Of a stretch of 41,148 nt of DNA, positions 9,089-15,851 are shown in pieces (the stretch's first letter is position 1; each line of letters opens with the position of its first letter). This DNA is from a virus. The notes beneath the pieces are model-generated. The model was not told the DNA's origin, searched no databases, and saw nothing but the letters and a program-made list of their open reading frames with translations. Made by a program: the position numbers and the translations under genes. The DNA lies in UHGV virus genome UHGV-0181186; one strand, written 5' to 3'.

Positions 9089-9972
9089 TACGCCTCCCCT
9101 GCTGGGTTAACTGTAACTGTTGCTGCATTGGATGTTACAGAGCCACCTGCACCAGTAACTACACAGGTGTAGCTTCCTGCATCAGCAGCGGTTGCACCTT
9201 CTTTGGTGTAAGTTGCAGTAGTTGCATCGAGGATGTCTTCCTCACCTTTCTTCCATTGGTAACCTGTCGCACCTGTTGCCACAACATTCAGTGTTAAGGT
9301 CTCACCTTCAGTGATTTCTTGATTGGTTGGTTGCTGAGTGATTACTGGAAGTGCATTCACAGTCACTGTTGCTGCATCTGAGGTAACACTTGTTCCACCC
9401 TCTCCAGATACAACGCAAGTGTATGAACCAGCATCAGAAGGTGCTACTGACTGTTTTGTGTAAGTTGCAGAATTGGCACTCGGGATATCCTCACCATCCT
9501 TCTTCCACTGATATCCAGTGGCGTTAGTTGCTAGAATGCTTAGAGTAAGTGTGCCACCCTCATTGACTGTTTGACCTGTTGGTTGCTGAGTAATTGCTGG
9601 TGGCTTAATAGCATCCTTCAGCTTAGCATTCAACATTGAGAACGGCTTAACTCTTGCCAACCATTCACAGTAAATAGTGTCAACATCTTTACCATTGATG
9701 ATTGCATACTGCAAATCCATGAAGAAATCAGCAGTTCTCATCTGTGCACCAACACTGTAAAGGAGTTCATCACTAAAAGGAACTTTGTAGTCTGGTTTGT
9801 AATCAAACTCCTCAACTTCTGCAATATCAGCTTCAGGCCAATATGAGCTATAGGTGAGTGGTAAAATAGCCTCTTGATATGTTCTAAAATCATATCTCTT
9901 ACCAGCTTTTACGTTTGCAATGAAGCCCTTCACAAACTCTTTAAAGTCTGGGTAAGTCTTTGCTTTAATCAT
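9088..9972 (-). CDS. protein with N-terminal domain plus two tandem Ig-like domains
   Basis: Two internal repeats of about 85 aa (…TLTL…ATGYQWKK…ATYTK…AGSYTCVV…); N-domain is paralogous to the 9969-10340 product. Confidence 0.65.
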   Translation of the reverse strand: MIKAKTYPDFKEFVKGFIANVKAGKRYDFRTYQEAILPLTYSSYWPEADIAEVEEFDYKPDYKVPFSDELLYSVGAQMRTADFFMDLQYAIINGKDVDTIYCEWLARVKPFSMLNAKLKDAIKPPAITQQPTGQTVNEGGTLTLSILATNATGYQWKKDGEDIPSANSATYTKQSVAPSDAGSYTCVVSGEGGTSVTSDAATVTVNALPVITQQPTNQEITEGETLTLNVVATGATGYQWKKGEEDILDATTATYTKEGATAADAGSYTCVVTGAGGSVTSNAATVTVNPAGEA

Positions 9973-10340
9973 TTATTTTCAGCCTCTAAATGTGCGTTTA
10001 GTCTAAAATAACCTTTGTGATTCGGAGATACATCACCAACAACAATACCTTTAACCTTATAACCTTTACCAATTACATACTGGATATCCATAAGGAATCT
10101 TCCAAGACCAACAATATGGAACATTGGATATAATAGATTCTCAGAGTCTGGAATATTGATTTCGGGTTTGTAGGTGCATTGTTCGATTGTTGGTGTAATA
10201 TCTTCTTCAGGCCATTTACTGAGTCTCCATGTCAAAGGTGTTGGGATAACATCATTAATGTTGTACCTTTCACCATTTTGCACGGAATTGATATAGGATT
10301 GTAGGAAGCAATAAAAGTCTTTTGCACTCTTAGCTTTCAT
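9969..10340 (-). CDS. hypothetical protein, paralog of the N-domain of the adjacent Ig-like protein
   Basis: Aligns by eye with the N-terminus of the 9088-9972 product (shared KxERY…YKP…LLY…FMDLQY pattern). Confidence 0.55.
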   Translation of the reverse strand: MKAKSAKDFYCFLQSYINSVQNGERYNINDVIPTPLTWRLSKWPEEDITPTIEQCTYKPEINIPDSENLLYPMFHIVGLGRFLMDIQYVIGKGYKVKGIVVGDVSPNHKGYFRLNAHLEAENK

Positions 10341-10387
10341 TAAATATCCTTATAAATAGTTAAAGGGGCATCAGCCCCTATTCACAC

Positions 10388-10978
10388 TTAAGCTTTGGTC
10401 TTAAGTAGGTTCTTAAGTTTTTTAAGATTCATACTCTCATCAAACTTAAAACCAAATCCATTGACATAATCAATGAACTCGGATTTCTTACTGAGTGACA
10501 ATGCGTAACTCATATCAAAGTTCTTACTTGTTTCTGCGTCTGGACTAGAGTTCACATCAAATGAAATTTCTGTAGGCTCTTGCTTACTTTTTCTCATATT
10601 ATCAACCAACAAACATGTATAGTTTGCTGGATAGAAATTTACACTACCATCAACGTAGCTGTACTTATTATTATGGATAAGGTTGGAAAATACCTTAAGG
10701 AATGTTTCTGAGTCGTGGCAAACAAGTTTGAATTGGCTGCTCTCTCCAAGCGCAACTAATGAGTACGGGCTTTCACTATCAAAGTCATAATTTGGATTCG
10801 ATGACGTTACTGTTACACGCATCAAGTTATTAGCAATAGTCTTCTGTTTAAAAGAATTTGGAACATAGTGAAGACCTCTATCACACTGATTAACTAATTC
10901 TTTCAATAGGTCATTTGCATATGGTGAGTTAATTGATACAGAGCCATCACTATTGTAATTAAAACTTACTGTTAACAT
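10388..10978 (-). CDS. hypothetical protein
   Basis: 196-aa ORF. Confidence 0.55.
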   Translation of the reverse strand: MLTVSFNYNSDGSVSINSPYANDLLKELVNQCDRGLHYVPNSFKQKTIANNLMRVTVTSSNPNYDFDSESPYSLVALGESSQFKLVCHDSETFLKVFSNLIHNNKYSYVDGSVNFYPANYTCLLVDNMRKSKQEPTEISFDVNSSPDAETSKNFDMSYALSLSKKSEFIDYVNGFGFKFDESMNLKKLKNLLKTKA

Positions 10979-11205
10979 TTTTCAGTTCTCCTGCGATTTA
11001 TAATTTTGCTGCAATAGAGAAACGAAGTAAACTCACTGGAAGAAACCATTAAGTGTTGTTCACTAGATTGAGCCATTGCCCTGAAATACATTCCAGTCAA
11101 AGCATCATAGTGACTATTCTTTCCAATTGAGGTTATATAGCCATGACTCTTTGCAGTTTGATATAAATCTATAATATCTGCGATTTCTAATTGGGAACTA
11201 CACAT
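10972..11205 (-). CDS. hypothetical protein
   Basis: 77-aa ORF. Confidence 0.4.
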   Translation of the reverse strand: MCSSQLEIADIIDLYQTAKSHGYITSIGKNSHYDALTGMYFRAMAQSSEQHLMVSSSEFTSFLYCSKIINRRRTEKC

Positions 11206-11348
11206 AGATAATCCTCTTGTCTTCTGTAATTTTGAAAGAACAGGTACAGACCAATTTCAGAGGATGAATAGTAGATTGACTCTACCCTTTTTGATTCCTT
11301 ACAGTGATTGGTATTCTTACCTTTCTTCGGTTTATTTGATTTTCTCAT
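11187..11348 (-). CDS. hypothetical small basic protein
   Basis: Start chosen at the Met preceded by AAGGAG on the minus strand; first gene of the leftward block. Confidence 0.35.
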   Translation of the reverse strand: MRKSNKPKKGKNTNHCKESKRVESIYYSSSEIGLYLFFQNYRRQEDYLCVVPN

Positions 11349-11447
11349 TAAGTCTCCTTTGTAGAACAAGGCAGACCTACAGCTTTAAGTAAGATGGTAC
11401 AGTAATCCATACAACAAGTCAAGAACTATTGCAAGTTAAAAAAGTTG

Positions 11448-11483
11448 TTGACAAAGTACTTGACAAGGTGTAGGCTTATAAAT
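11448..11483 (+). promoter_or_regulatory. candidate promoter for the rightward operon (tandem TTGACA boxes, A-rich upstream tract)
   Basis: aaaagttgTTGACAaagtacTTGACAaggtgtaggctTATAAAt; spacing not ideal; in the divergent intergenic region. Confidence 0.35.
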
Positions 11484-11597
11484 ACTTAGAAGATAACTTA
11501 AAAGGTTCCTCTAAAAAGGCTATTTAAACAGATATCTTTCTGGATATCTATCTTTTATCTTAAAAGCCTTTTAAGAGGTCTTATAAGAGGCATACCA

Positions 11598-11969
11598 ATG
11601 AAAAACAGAACAAACAAAGGCCAGTTTAAAAAAGGCCAATCTGGAAACCCATCTGGAAGACCAAAAGGCTCTCGCAACAAAAGCTCACTTGTAAAAGCTC
11701 AACTGACCATTGACAATTCTGCTGAGTTTGCTGCAAAGTTATTTGAAGCGATTGTTACAAGGGATGCTGCTAAGCTTGCAGAGTTCGGGTTAAACACAGA
11801 TGACGTAACCATCAAGAGTATGATTGAGGTCGGTAAAACTATCTTTACTCACTCAGCAGGTGAGATGAAAGCACTTGCAGCAGACACTAAGAAGACTCCT
11901 GATAATGGTGGTCAACAACAGACAGATAACAAACCAACGTTCTCTGCTGTAGCGACTCTTAAAAAATAA
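11598..11969 (+). CDS. hypothetical basic protein with N-terminal GNPSGRPKG motif
   Basis: 123-aa ORF; K/R-rich N-terminus (KKGQSGNPSGRPKGSRNK); possible DNA-binding or terminase-small-like role is speculative. Confidence 0.6.
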   Translation: MKNRTNKGQFKKGQSGNPSGRPKGSRNKSSLVKAQLTIDNSAEFAAKLFEAIVTRDAAKLAEFGLNTDDVTIKSMIEVGKTIFTHSAGEMKALAADTKKTPDNGGQQQTDNKPTFSAVATLKK

Positions 11970-11980
11970 TTTTAAAAGGT

Positions 11981-12019
11981 GTTGACAGACTCTACAAAGT
12001 TGCTCTAAAGTCTGTCACA
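11981..12019 (+). promoter_or_regulatory. promoter-like TTGACA box overlapping a perfect 9-bp inverted repeat (candidate operator)
   Basis: gTTGACAGACTc…(17 nt)…AGTCTGTCAc; the two arms are exact reverse complements; just upstream of the Ro60-like gene. Confidence 0.4.
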
Positions 12020-12050
12020 TCAAACAACAAATGAGAGAAGAGAGTAAAAT

Positions 12051-13466
12051 ATGAGCGAATTATTTAAACATGCGCACCTTCATGCAGGTCGAACTGAAAA
12101 TGGTGCTGTAAACCATACTTCATCAATGTCTGCTCTTGTAGACTTTTACAAAGCTGCTGGTTCAAGCCGTAGCAATGTAGAAATCTTACCAGACTTGTTC
12201 TACAAAGCTTTGCGTGAGGATGTTGATGTTGCAGTTCGTATTTTGCTTCATATGCGAGATGTACGAGAAGGTATGGGTGAGCGTAAAGCCTTCAGAACTG
12301 TTTTGCTTCAAGCAATTGAAGATAAAGTTTTAGAGCCTACACAGGTTCTTCGCATTATGGATAAGATTGCAGAACTTGGTCGTTTTGATGACTTCAAAAT
12401 CTTCGTGGGTACTTGTTTCGAGACAGATGCCTTCAAACATTTAGAAGCAGCATTACTAGACCCTGCAACAGCAGGTTTGGCGGCTAAGTGGTTACCACGA
12501 GTCAAACCACGTCATAAGCAGTTTGTAAAACGTTTCTGCAAGTTTGCCAACTTGAGCGAGAAAGAGTACCGCACACTGTTATCTGCACTATCTGATACAG
12601 TTGAGCAAAAAATCTCTGCTAATGAGTTTGGCAAGATTGACTACAGTAAGGTTCCCTCACTTGCTGCTGCACGTTACCAAAAACTGTTTAACCGTAAGGA
12701 TGGAGAACGTTACAAAGCTTACATTGAGTCCTTATCAAAAGGTGAGGCTAAGATTAATGCTGGTGCTGTTTACCCATACGATGTGATTAAATCTGTCAAG
12801 CATGGTAATGCAGATGTTGCTAATGAGCAGTGGAAAGCACTACCAAACTGGATGGCAGAAGGTGAAAACATCTTGTGTATGTCTGATGTATCAAGTTCAA
12901 TGTCTTGGGTGAATTTTGGCTCCATTACTGCTCTGGATATTGGTGTATCACTTGCCTTGTATGTAGCAGAACGCAATACAGGTTGCTTTAAGAATGAGTT
13001 GATGGTTTATTCAACAAACCCTCACTTCATCGAACTGAGTGGTGATTTACGAAACCGTCATCGTCAGGTGATGCGACACGTTGAATATGGCTCAACTAAC
13101 TTACAAGCAGCTTTTGACCGCATTCTTGAGACAGGCAAAAGAAACAACTTGACTCAGAAAGATATGCCAAGTAAGCTTATCATCTTCTCCGATATGGAGT
13201 TTAATCAGGTTGATGGGGCTAACGGTCGTACAAACTTTGAAGCAATTCAGAGTAAGTACAAAAAAGCTGGATATGAGATGCCACAACTGGTATTCTGGTA
13301 CTTAGCAAACCGTAATGGTACTTGCGAAGTATCTGTTAAGGATAACGGTGTAGCAATGGTATCAGGGTTCTCTCCAGCCACTTTAAAAGCTCTGCTTGGT
13401 GGTGAGAAGTTTGACCCAATCAGTGTAATGCTCAAAGCAGTAATGATTGACCGTTATATCTGGTAA
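12051..13466 (+). CDS. Ro60/Rsr-like protein (TROVE-like N-terminal region plus C-terminal vWA domain with MIDAS motif)
   Basis: 471 aa; DxSxS MIDAS motif (CMSDVSSSMS), downstream IIFSDMEFN and …GFSPATL… segments resemble the Ro60 vWA domain by recollection; helical N-terminal region. Confidence 0.6.
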   Translation: MSELFKHAHLHAGRTENGAVNHTSSMSALVDFYKAAGSSRSNVEILPDLFYKALREDVDVAVRILLHMRDVREGMGERKAFRTVLLQAIEDKVLEPTQVLRIMDKIAELGRFDDFKIFVGTCFETDAFKHLEAALLDPATAGLAAKWLPRVKPRHKQFVKRFCKFANLSEKEYRTLLSALSDTVEQKISANEFGKIDYSKVPSLAAARYQKLFNRKDGERYKAYIESLSKGEAKINAGAVYPYDVIKSVKHGNADVANEQWKALPNWMAEGENILCMSDVSSSMSWVNFGSITALDIGVSLALYVAERNTGCFKNELMVYSTNPHFIELSGDLRNRHRQVMRHVEYGSTNLQAAFDRILETGKRNNLTQKDMPSKLIIFSDMEFNQVDGANGRTNFEAIQSKYKKAGYEMPQLVFWYLANRNGTCEVSVKDNGVAMVSGFSPATLKALLGGEKFDPISVMLKAVMIDRYIW

Positions 13467-13484
13467 AAAGTTTTAAAAAGGGTA

Positions 13485-13513
13485 TTGACAATGTGTTTAA
13501 TACCCTTTAATAT
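13485..13513 (+). promoter_or_regulatory. sigma70-type promoter (TTGACA-N17-TAATAT)
   Basis: Consensus -35 with 17-nt spacer and near-consensus -10; preceded by aaaaagggta; about 120 nt upstream of the first tRNA. Confidence 0.65.
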
Positions 13514-13575
13514 GTTCTACATAGAAACGAAATGAGAGCTTTTCTAAGATACTGAAAAATATTTTAAAAAAGTTC

Positions 13576-13604
13576 TTGACAACCACTAAAAAATAATGTT
13601 AAAG
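13576..13604 (+). promoter_or_regulatory. candidate promoter (TTGACA-N17-TTAAAG)
   Basis: aaaagttcTTGACA with weak -10; same upstream motif family. Confidence 0.35.
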
Positions 13605-13631
13605 TGTTTACATAGAGTTTGAAAAGTTTAT

Positions 13632-13708
13632 CTCTGTTTAGCTCAGCTTGGTAGAGCGTTCCGTTTGGGGCGGTAAGGCCGGAGGTTCAAGTCCTCCAAC
13701 AGAGACCA
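13632..13708 (+). tRNA. tRNA-Pro (anticodon TGG)
   Basis: Hand-folded cloverleaf: 7-bp acceptor ctctgtt/aacagag, T-arm ggagg-ttcaagt-cctcc, anticodon loop tttgggg, CCA encoded. Confidence 0.75.
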
Positions 13709-13715
13709 AATTAAT

Positions 13716-13793
13716 GTTCCAGTAGACAAAATGGTAAAGTCACCACTCTTTCAAAGTGGATATCTGAGGGTTCAAATCCCTTCTGGAACGCCA
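13716..13793 (+). tRNA. tRNA-Glu (anticodon TTC)
   Basis: Acceptor gttccag/ctggaac, anticodon arm ccact-ctttcaa-agtgg, T-loop ttcaaat, CCA encoded. Confidence 0.75.
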
Positions 13794-13800
13794 GTTTTGA

Positions 13801-13872
13801 CAGAAGACCAATTACAGCAAACTTAATCTACTCATCTGAAAGTTAATCGGACAAAGAAGATATTTGGTCTGG
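13801..13872 (+). ncRNA. candidate structured RNA repeat element 1 (conserved CAGAAGACC…TTACAGCAA 5' end, GGTCTGG 3' end)
   Basis: 5' and 3' ends can pair (AGACCAA/TTGGTCT) enclosing an AT-rich variable loop; no T-arm; related copies at 13967, 14421 and 14508. Confidence 0.35.
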
Positions 13873-13883
13873 TCATTAAGAAT

Positions 13884-13960
13884 TGCGGGTATAGAGAAAG
13901 GGCGTCTCACATGTCTCATTAGCATGGTATCGGCAGGTTCGACTCCTGCACCCGCCTCCA
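13884..13960 (+). tRNA. tRNA with anticodon CAT (Met or Ile2/lysidine)
   Basis: Anticodon arm catgt-ctcatta-gcatg, T-arm gcagg-ttcgact-cctgc, CCA encoded; position 1:72 appears mismatched. Confidence 0.7.
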
Positions 13961-13966
13961 AATTTA

Positions 13967-14030
13967 CAGAAGACCGTTTACAGCAATATTTATTAAATTT
14001 TTAGCGGAAAAATTGAAAGATACGGTCTGG
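13967..14030 (+). ncRNA. candidate structured RNA repeat element 2
   Basis: cagaagaccgtttacagcaa … acggtctgg; terminal stem AGACCGT/ACGGTCT. Confidence 0.35.
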
Positions 14031-14043
14031 TAATACTAAACAT

Positions 14044-14120
14044 GGTTAGGAAGCACATAAGGTATGTGCGGTCGCCTGTTAAGCGAATGGCACAGGGTTC
14101 GAATCCCTGACTAACCGCCA
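14044..14120 (+). tRNA. tRNA-Asn (anticodon GTT)
   Basis: Acceptor ggttagg/actaacc, D-arm gcac…gtgc, anticodon loop ctgttaa, T-arm caggg-ttcgaat-ccctg, CCA encoded. Confidence 0.75.
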
Positions 14121-14189
14121 AATTTAGGAGAGAAGTGATTGCTCACCGATTTGTAAGGTGCAAGTCCTTAGCCTGAATAGAAATTAAAT

Positions 14190-14277
14190 GTGTCGTTATC
14201 CCGTAGATGGTAGCGGTGGGGACTGTAAATCCCTTGTCATTGAGACTCGGTAGGTTCGACTCCTACACGGCACACCA
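14190..14277 (+). tRNA. tRNA-Tyr (anticodon GTA), long variable arm
   Basis: 88 nt; acceptor gtgtcgt/acggcac, anticodon arm gggga-ctgtaaa-tccct, T-arm gtagg-ttcgact-cctac, CCA encoded. Confidence 0.7.
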
Positions 14278-14282
14278 ATAAA

Positions 14283-14359
14283 GGCTATGTAGTTTAACTG
14301 GAGAAAATACTCCCCTGTCACGGGAGATGATGTGAGTTCAAGTCTCATCGTAGCCGCCA
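14283..14359 (+). tRNA. tRNA-Asp (anticodon GTC)
   Basis: Acceptor ggctatg/cgtagcc, anticodon arm ctccc-ctgtcac-gggag, CCA encoded. Confidence 0.75.
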
Positions 14360-14384
14360 ATTTTGAGAGGGCTGTTTAGCCCAT

Positions 14385-14418
14385 CCCTTAAAGAGTTCTT
14401 ACGAGTATTCTTTAAGGG
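14385..14418 (+). other. 10-bp perfect-stem hairpin (possible terminator or RNA processing site)
   Basis: cccttaaaga…tctttaaggg inverted repeat; a second hairpin gggctgtttagccc lies immediately upstream. Confidence 0.45.
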
Positions 14419-14420
14419 AG

Positions 14421-14497
14421 CAGAAGACCAAATACAGCAAGAATGTATGAAATTTCAAGCCAATTTAATTTTGAAAATTTAAAACTTGGTCTGGCTC
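14421..14497 (+). ncRNA. candidate structured RNA repeat element 3
   Basis: cagaagaccaaatacagcaa … cttggtctgg. Confidence 0.35.
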
Positions 14498-14507
14498 AAC
14501 AAATTTA

Positions 14508-14639
14508 CAGAAGGCCGTTTACAGCAAAACTTAAACAATCTATTTCTCCGGTAAAGAAAAGGCGAAGGTTCGATTCCTTCACTCGGCAGATGTCGAGTTG
14601 GTGTAATGGTAGCACTTAAGATGATAAACAACGGTCTGG
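14508..14639 (+). ncRNA. candidate Y-RNA/YrlA-like RNA with circularly permuted tRNA-like module
   Basis: Order along the strand: conserved 5' motif, T-arm (gaagg-ttcgatt-ccttc), acceptor-like 7-bp hairpin capped by a tetraloop (actcggc-agat-gtcgagt), D-arm-like (gtg-taatggtag-cac), then a 3' strand (aacggtctgg) able to pair with the 5' motif. Confidence 0.4.
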
Positions 14640-14646
14640 TAATTAC

Positions 14647-14778
14647 CTTTGTAGATAAGTTATTAAGCTTACTTGTGAGTATGCGACCACAAAGGGTGAA
14701 TGGGTAAATTCTAGATTTAAACCCAAAAAGGCACATCGCTACAGACCTTAAGCAAGTCTGGGTAGCTTATCTACAAAG
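14647..14778 (+). other. long-range 13-bp perfect inverted repeat enclosing structured sequence
   Basis: ctttgtagataag (14647-14659) and cttatctacaaag (14766-14778) are exact reverse complements; interior contains hairpins cagac…gtctg and gggtaaat…atttaaaccc. Confidence 0.4.
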
Positions 14779-14788
14779 ATAATTTAAT

Positions 14789-14864
14789 GGAAGTGTAGCA
14801 GAATGGTGATGCGGCAGACTTTTAATCTGACAGGCGATGGGTTCGAATCCCTCCACTTCTACCA
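14789..14864 (+). tRNA. tRNA-Lys (anticodon TTT)
   Basis: Acceptor ggaagtg/cacttct, anticodon loop cttttaa, CCA encoded; paralog of the tRNA at 16377; T-stem weak. Confidence 0.65.
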
Positions 14865-14868
14865 ATAT

Positions 14869-14945
14869 GGTTCAGTCGCAGATAAGGTAATGCAAGGGTC
14901 TCATAAGCCCTATGAATGTGGGTTCGATTCCCATCTGAACCTCCA
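14869..14945 (+). tRNA. tRNA with anticodon CAT (second copy; Met or Ile2)
   Basis: Acceptor ggttcag/ctgaacc, anticodon arm agggt-ctcataa-gccct, CCA encoded. Confidence 0.7.
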
Positions 14946-14946
14946 A

Positions 14947-15022
14947 GCTGGTATAGTTAAGAAGGTTATAACACTCCCCTGATAAGGGAACATCGGTGGT
15001 TCGATTCCACCTACCAGTACCA
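14947..15022 (+). tRNA. tRNA-Ile (anticodon GAT)
   Basis: Acceptor gctggta/taccagt, anticodon loop ctgataa, T-arm ggtgg-ttcgatt-ccacc, CCA encoded. Confidence 0.7.
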
Positions 15023-15037
15023 ATTTCAATAAAGTTG

Positions 15038-15066
15038 TTGACATTGAGATGTGACTACTTTATAGT
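15038..15066 (+). promoter_or_regulatory. sigma70-type promoter (TTGACA-N17-TATAGT)
   Basis: aaagttgTTGACA…17 nt…TATAGT inside the tRNA array. Confidence 0.65.
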
Positions 15067-15270
15067 AACCTTAGTTTTCGTTGCGTAGCGTCTATTTTGC
15101 AAATTTAAAATAAATGCAAACGACAATGTTTTTCTGGCAGTAGCTTGATAGGCTAAACACCAGTGAGGTCTTCCAATCCCTCATCAAAGAATTTGGCGTA
15201 CTCGCCCACGGTATGATTAATAAGGTGGGCATCTTTAAGGGCTTTCTAAGAGAGTCTTTAAAGATAATTA

Positions 15271-15352
15271 CGGGGCGTATCTCAGCGGTCTTCTAAACCG
15301 CCGTTAACCGAGTAAGTGGAGTATGCGGGTTCGAGTCCTGCCGCCTCGACCA
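15271..15352 (+). tRNA. noncanonical tRNA-like gene, anticodon TCT (Arg) with no recognisable D-arm
   Basis: Acceptor cggggcg/cgcctcg plus ACCA, perfect anticodon arm gcggt-cttctaa-accgc, T-arm gcggg-ttcgagt-cctgc; only 7 nt between acceptor and anticodon stem, and a 23-nt variable region. Confidence 0.45.
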
Positions 15353-15366
15353 ATTTTGGAGAAATC

Positions 15367-15714
15367 ATGAAAACTTGTATTAGGTGCAAACTTAGCAAGG
15401 ATGAAAATGATTTCTACATGAAAGATGGTAGGAGAACTCATTCATACTGTAAAAAGTGTGTTAATGAGCAAACCATAGAAAGACAAAGAGCACTTAAACT
15501 CTTAGCTATTGAGTACAAAGGTGGGGTTTGTCATGATTGTGGTAAGAAGTATCATCCAGCAGTGTATGACTTCCATCATTTGAATCCTTCAGATAAAGAT
15601 TTTAACATTGGTCATAGGAAAAGCCTTAAGTTCTCTCAAGAACTAAAAGATGAACTTGACAAATGTGTTTTGCTATGTTCAAATTGCCATAGGGTAAGAC
15701 ATGCAAAATATTAG
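15367..15714 (+). CDS. HNH endonuclease (homing-endonuclease-like)
   Basis: CxxC…CxxC zinc-binding pairs (CIRCKL, CKKC, CHDCGK, CSNCH) and HH…N…H HNH motif; GGAG RBS; the ORF-track 5' extension overlaps a tRNA and was trimmed. Confidence 0.8.
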   Translation: MKTCIRCKLSKDENDFYMKDGRRTHSYCKKCVNEQTIERQRALKLLAIEYKGGVCHDCGKKYHPAVYDFHHLNPSDKDFNIGHRKSLKFSQELKDELDKCVLLCSNCHRVRHAKY

Positions 15715-15851
15715 TTAGCAGATTACTTAGACGACCTTAGCGGGTCTTCCTGTAGGGAGGTGGTCTGTATCTCATGTTTTCCAGAACATGTAAATAATCT
15801 GAGAAGGGGCTTTACAGTGTTGAGATAATACGGTAAGCTTCGAATTATAGT

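Noticed and set aside
9076-9297. Cys-rich 73-aa + strand ORF
   Set aside because: Lies antisense within the Ig-like domain gene on the minus strand; the Cys richness comes from reading the reverse complement of Thr/Ala/Gly-rich coding sequence.
14479-14736. 85-aa minus-strand ORF inside the structured RNA region
   Set aside because: Runs antisense through the permuted tRNA-like module and repeat elements, has no RBS and low-complexity composition; likely spurious.
15316-15366. 5' extension of the HNH endonuclease ORF
   Set aside because: The extension overlaps the T-arm and acceptor of the upstream tRNA-like gene; the ATG at 15367 has a GGAG RBS.
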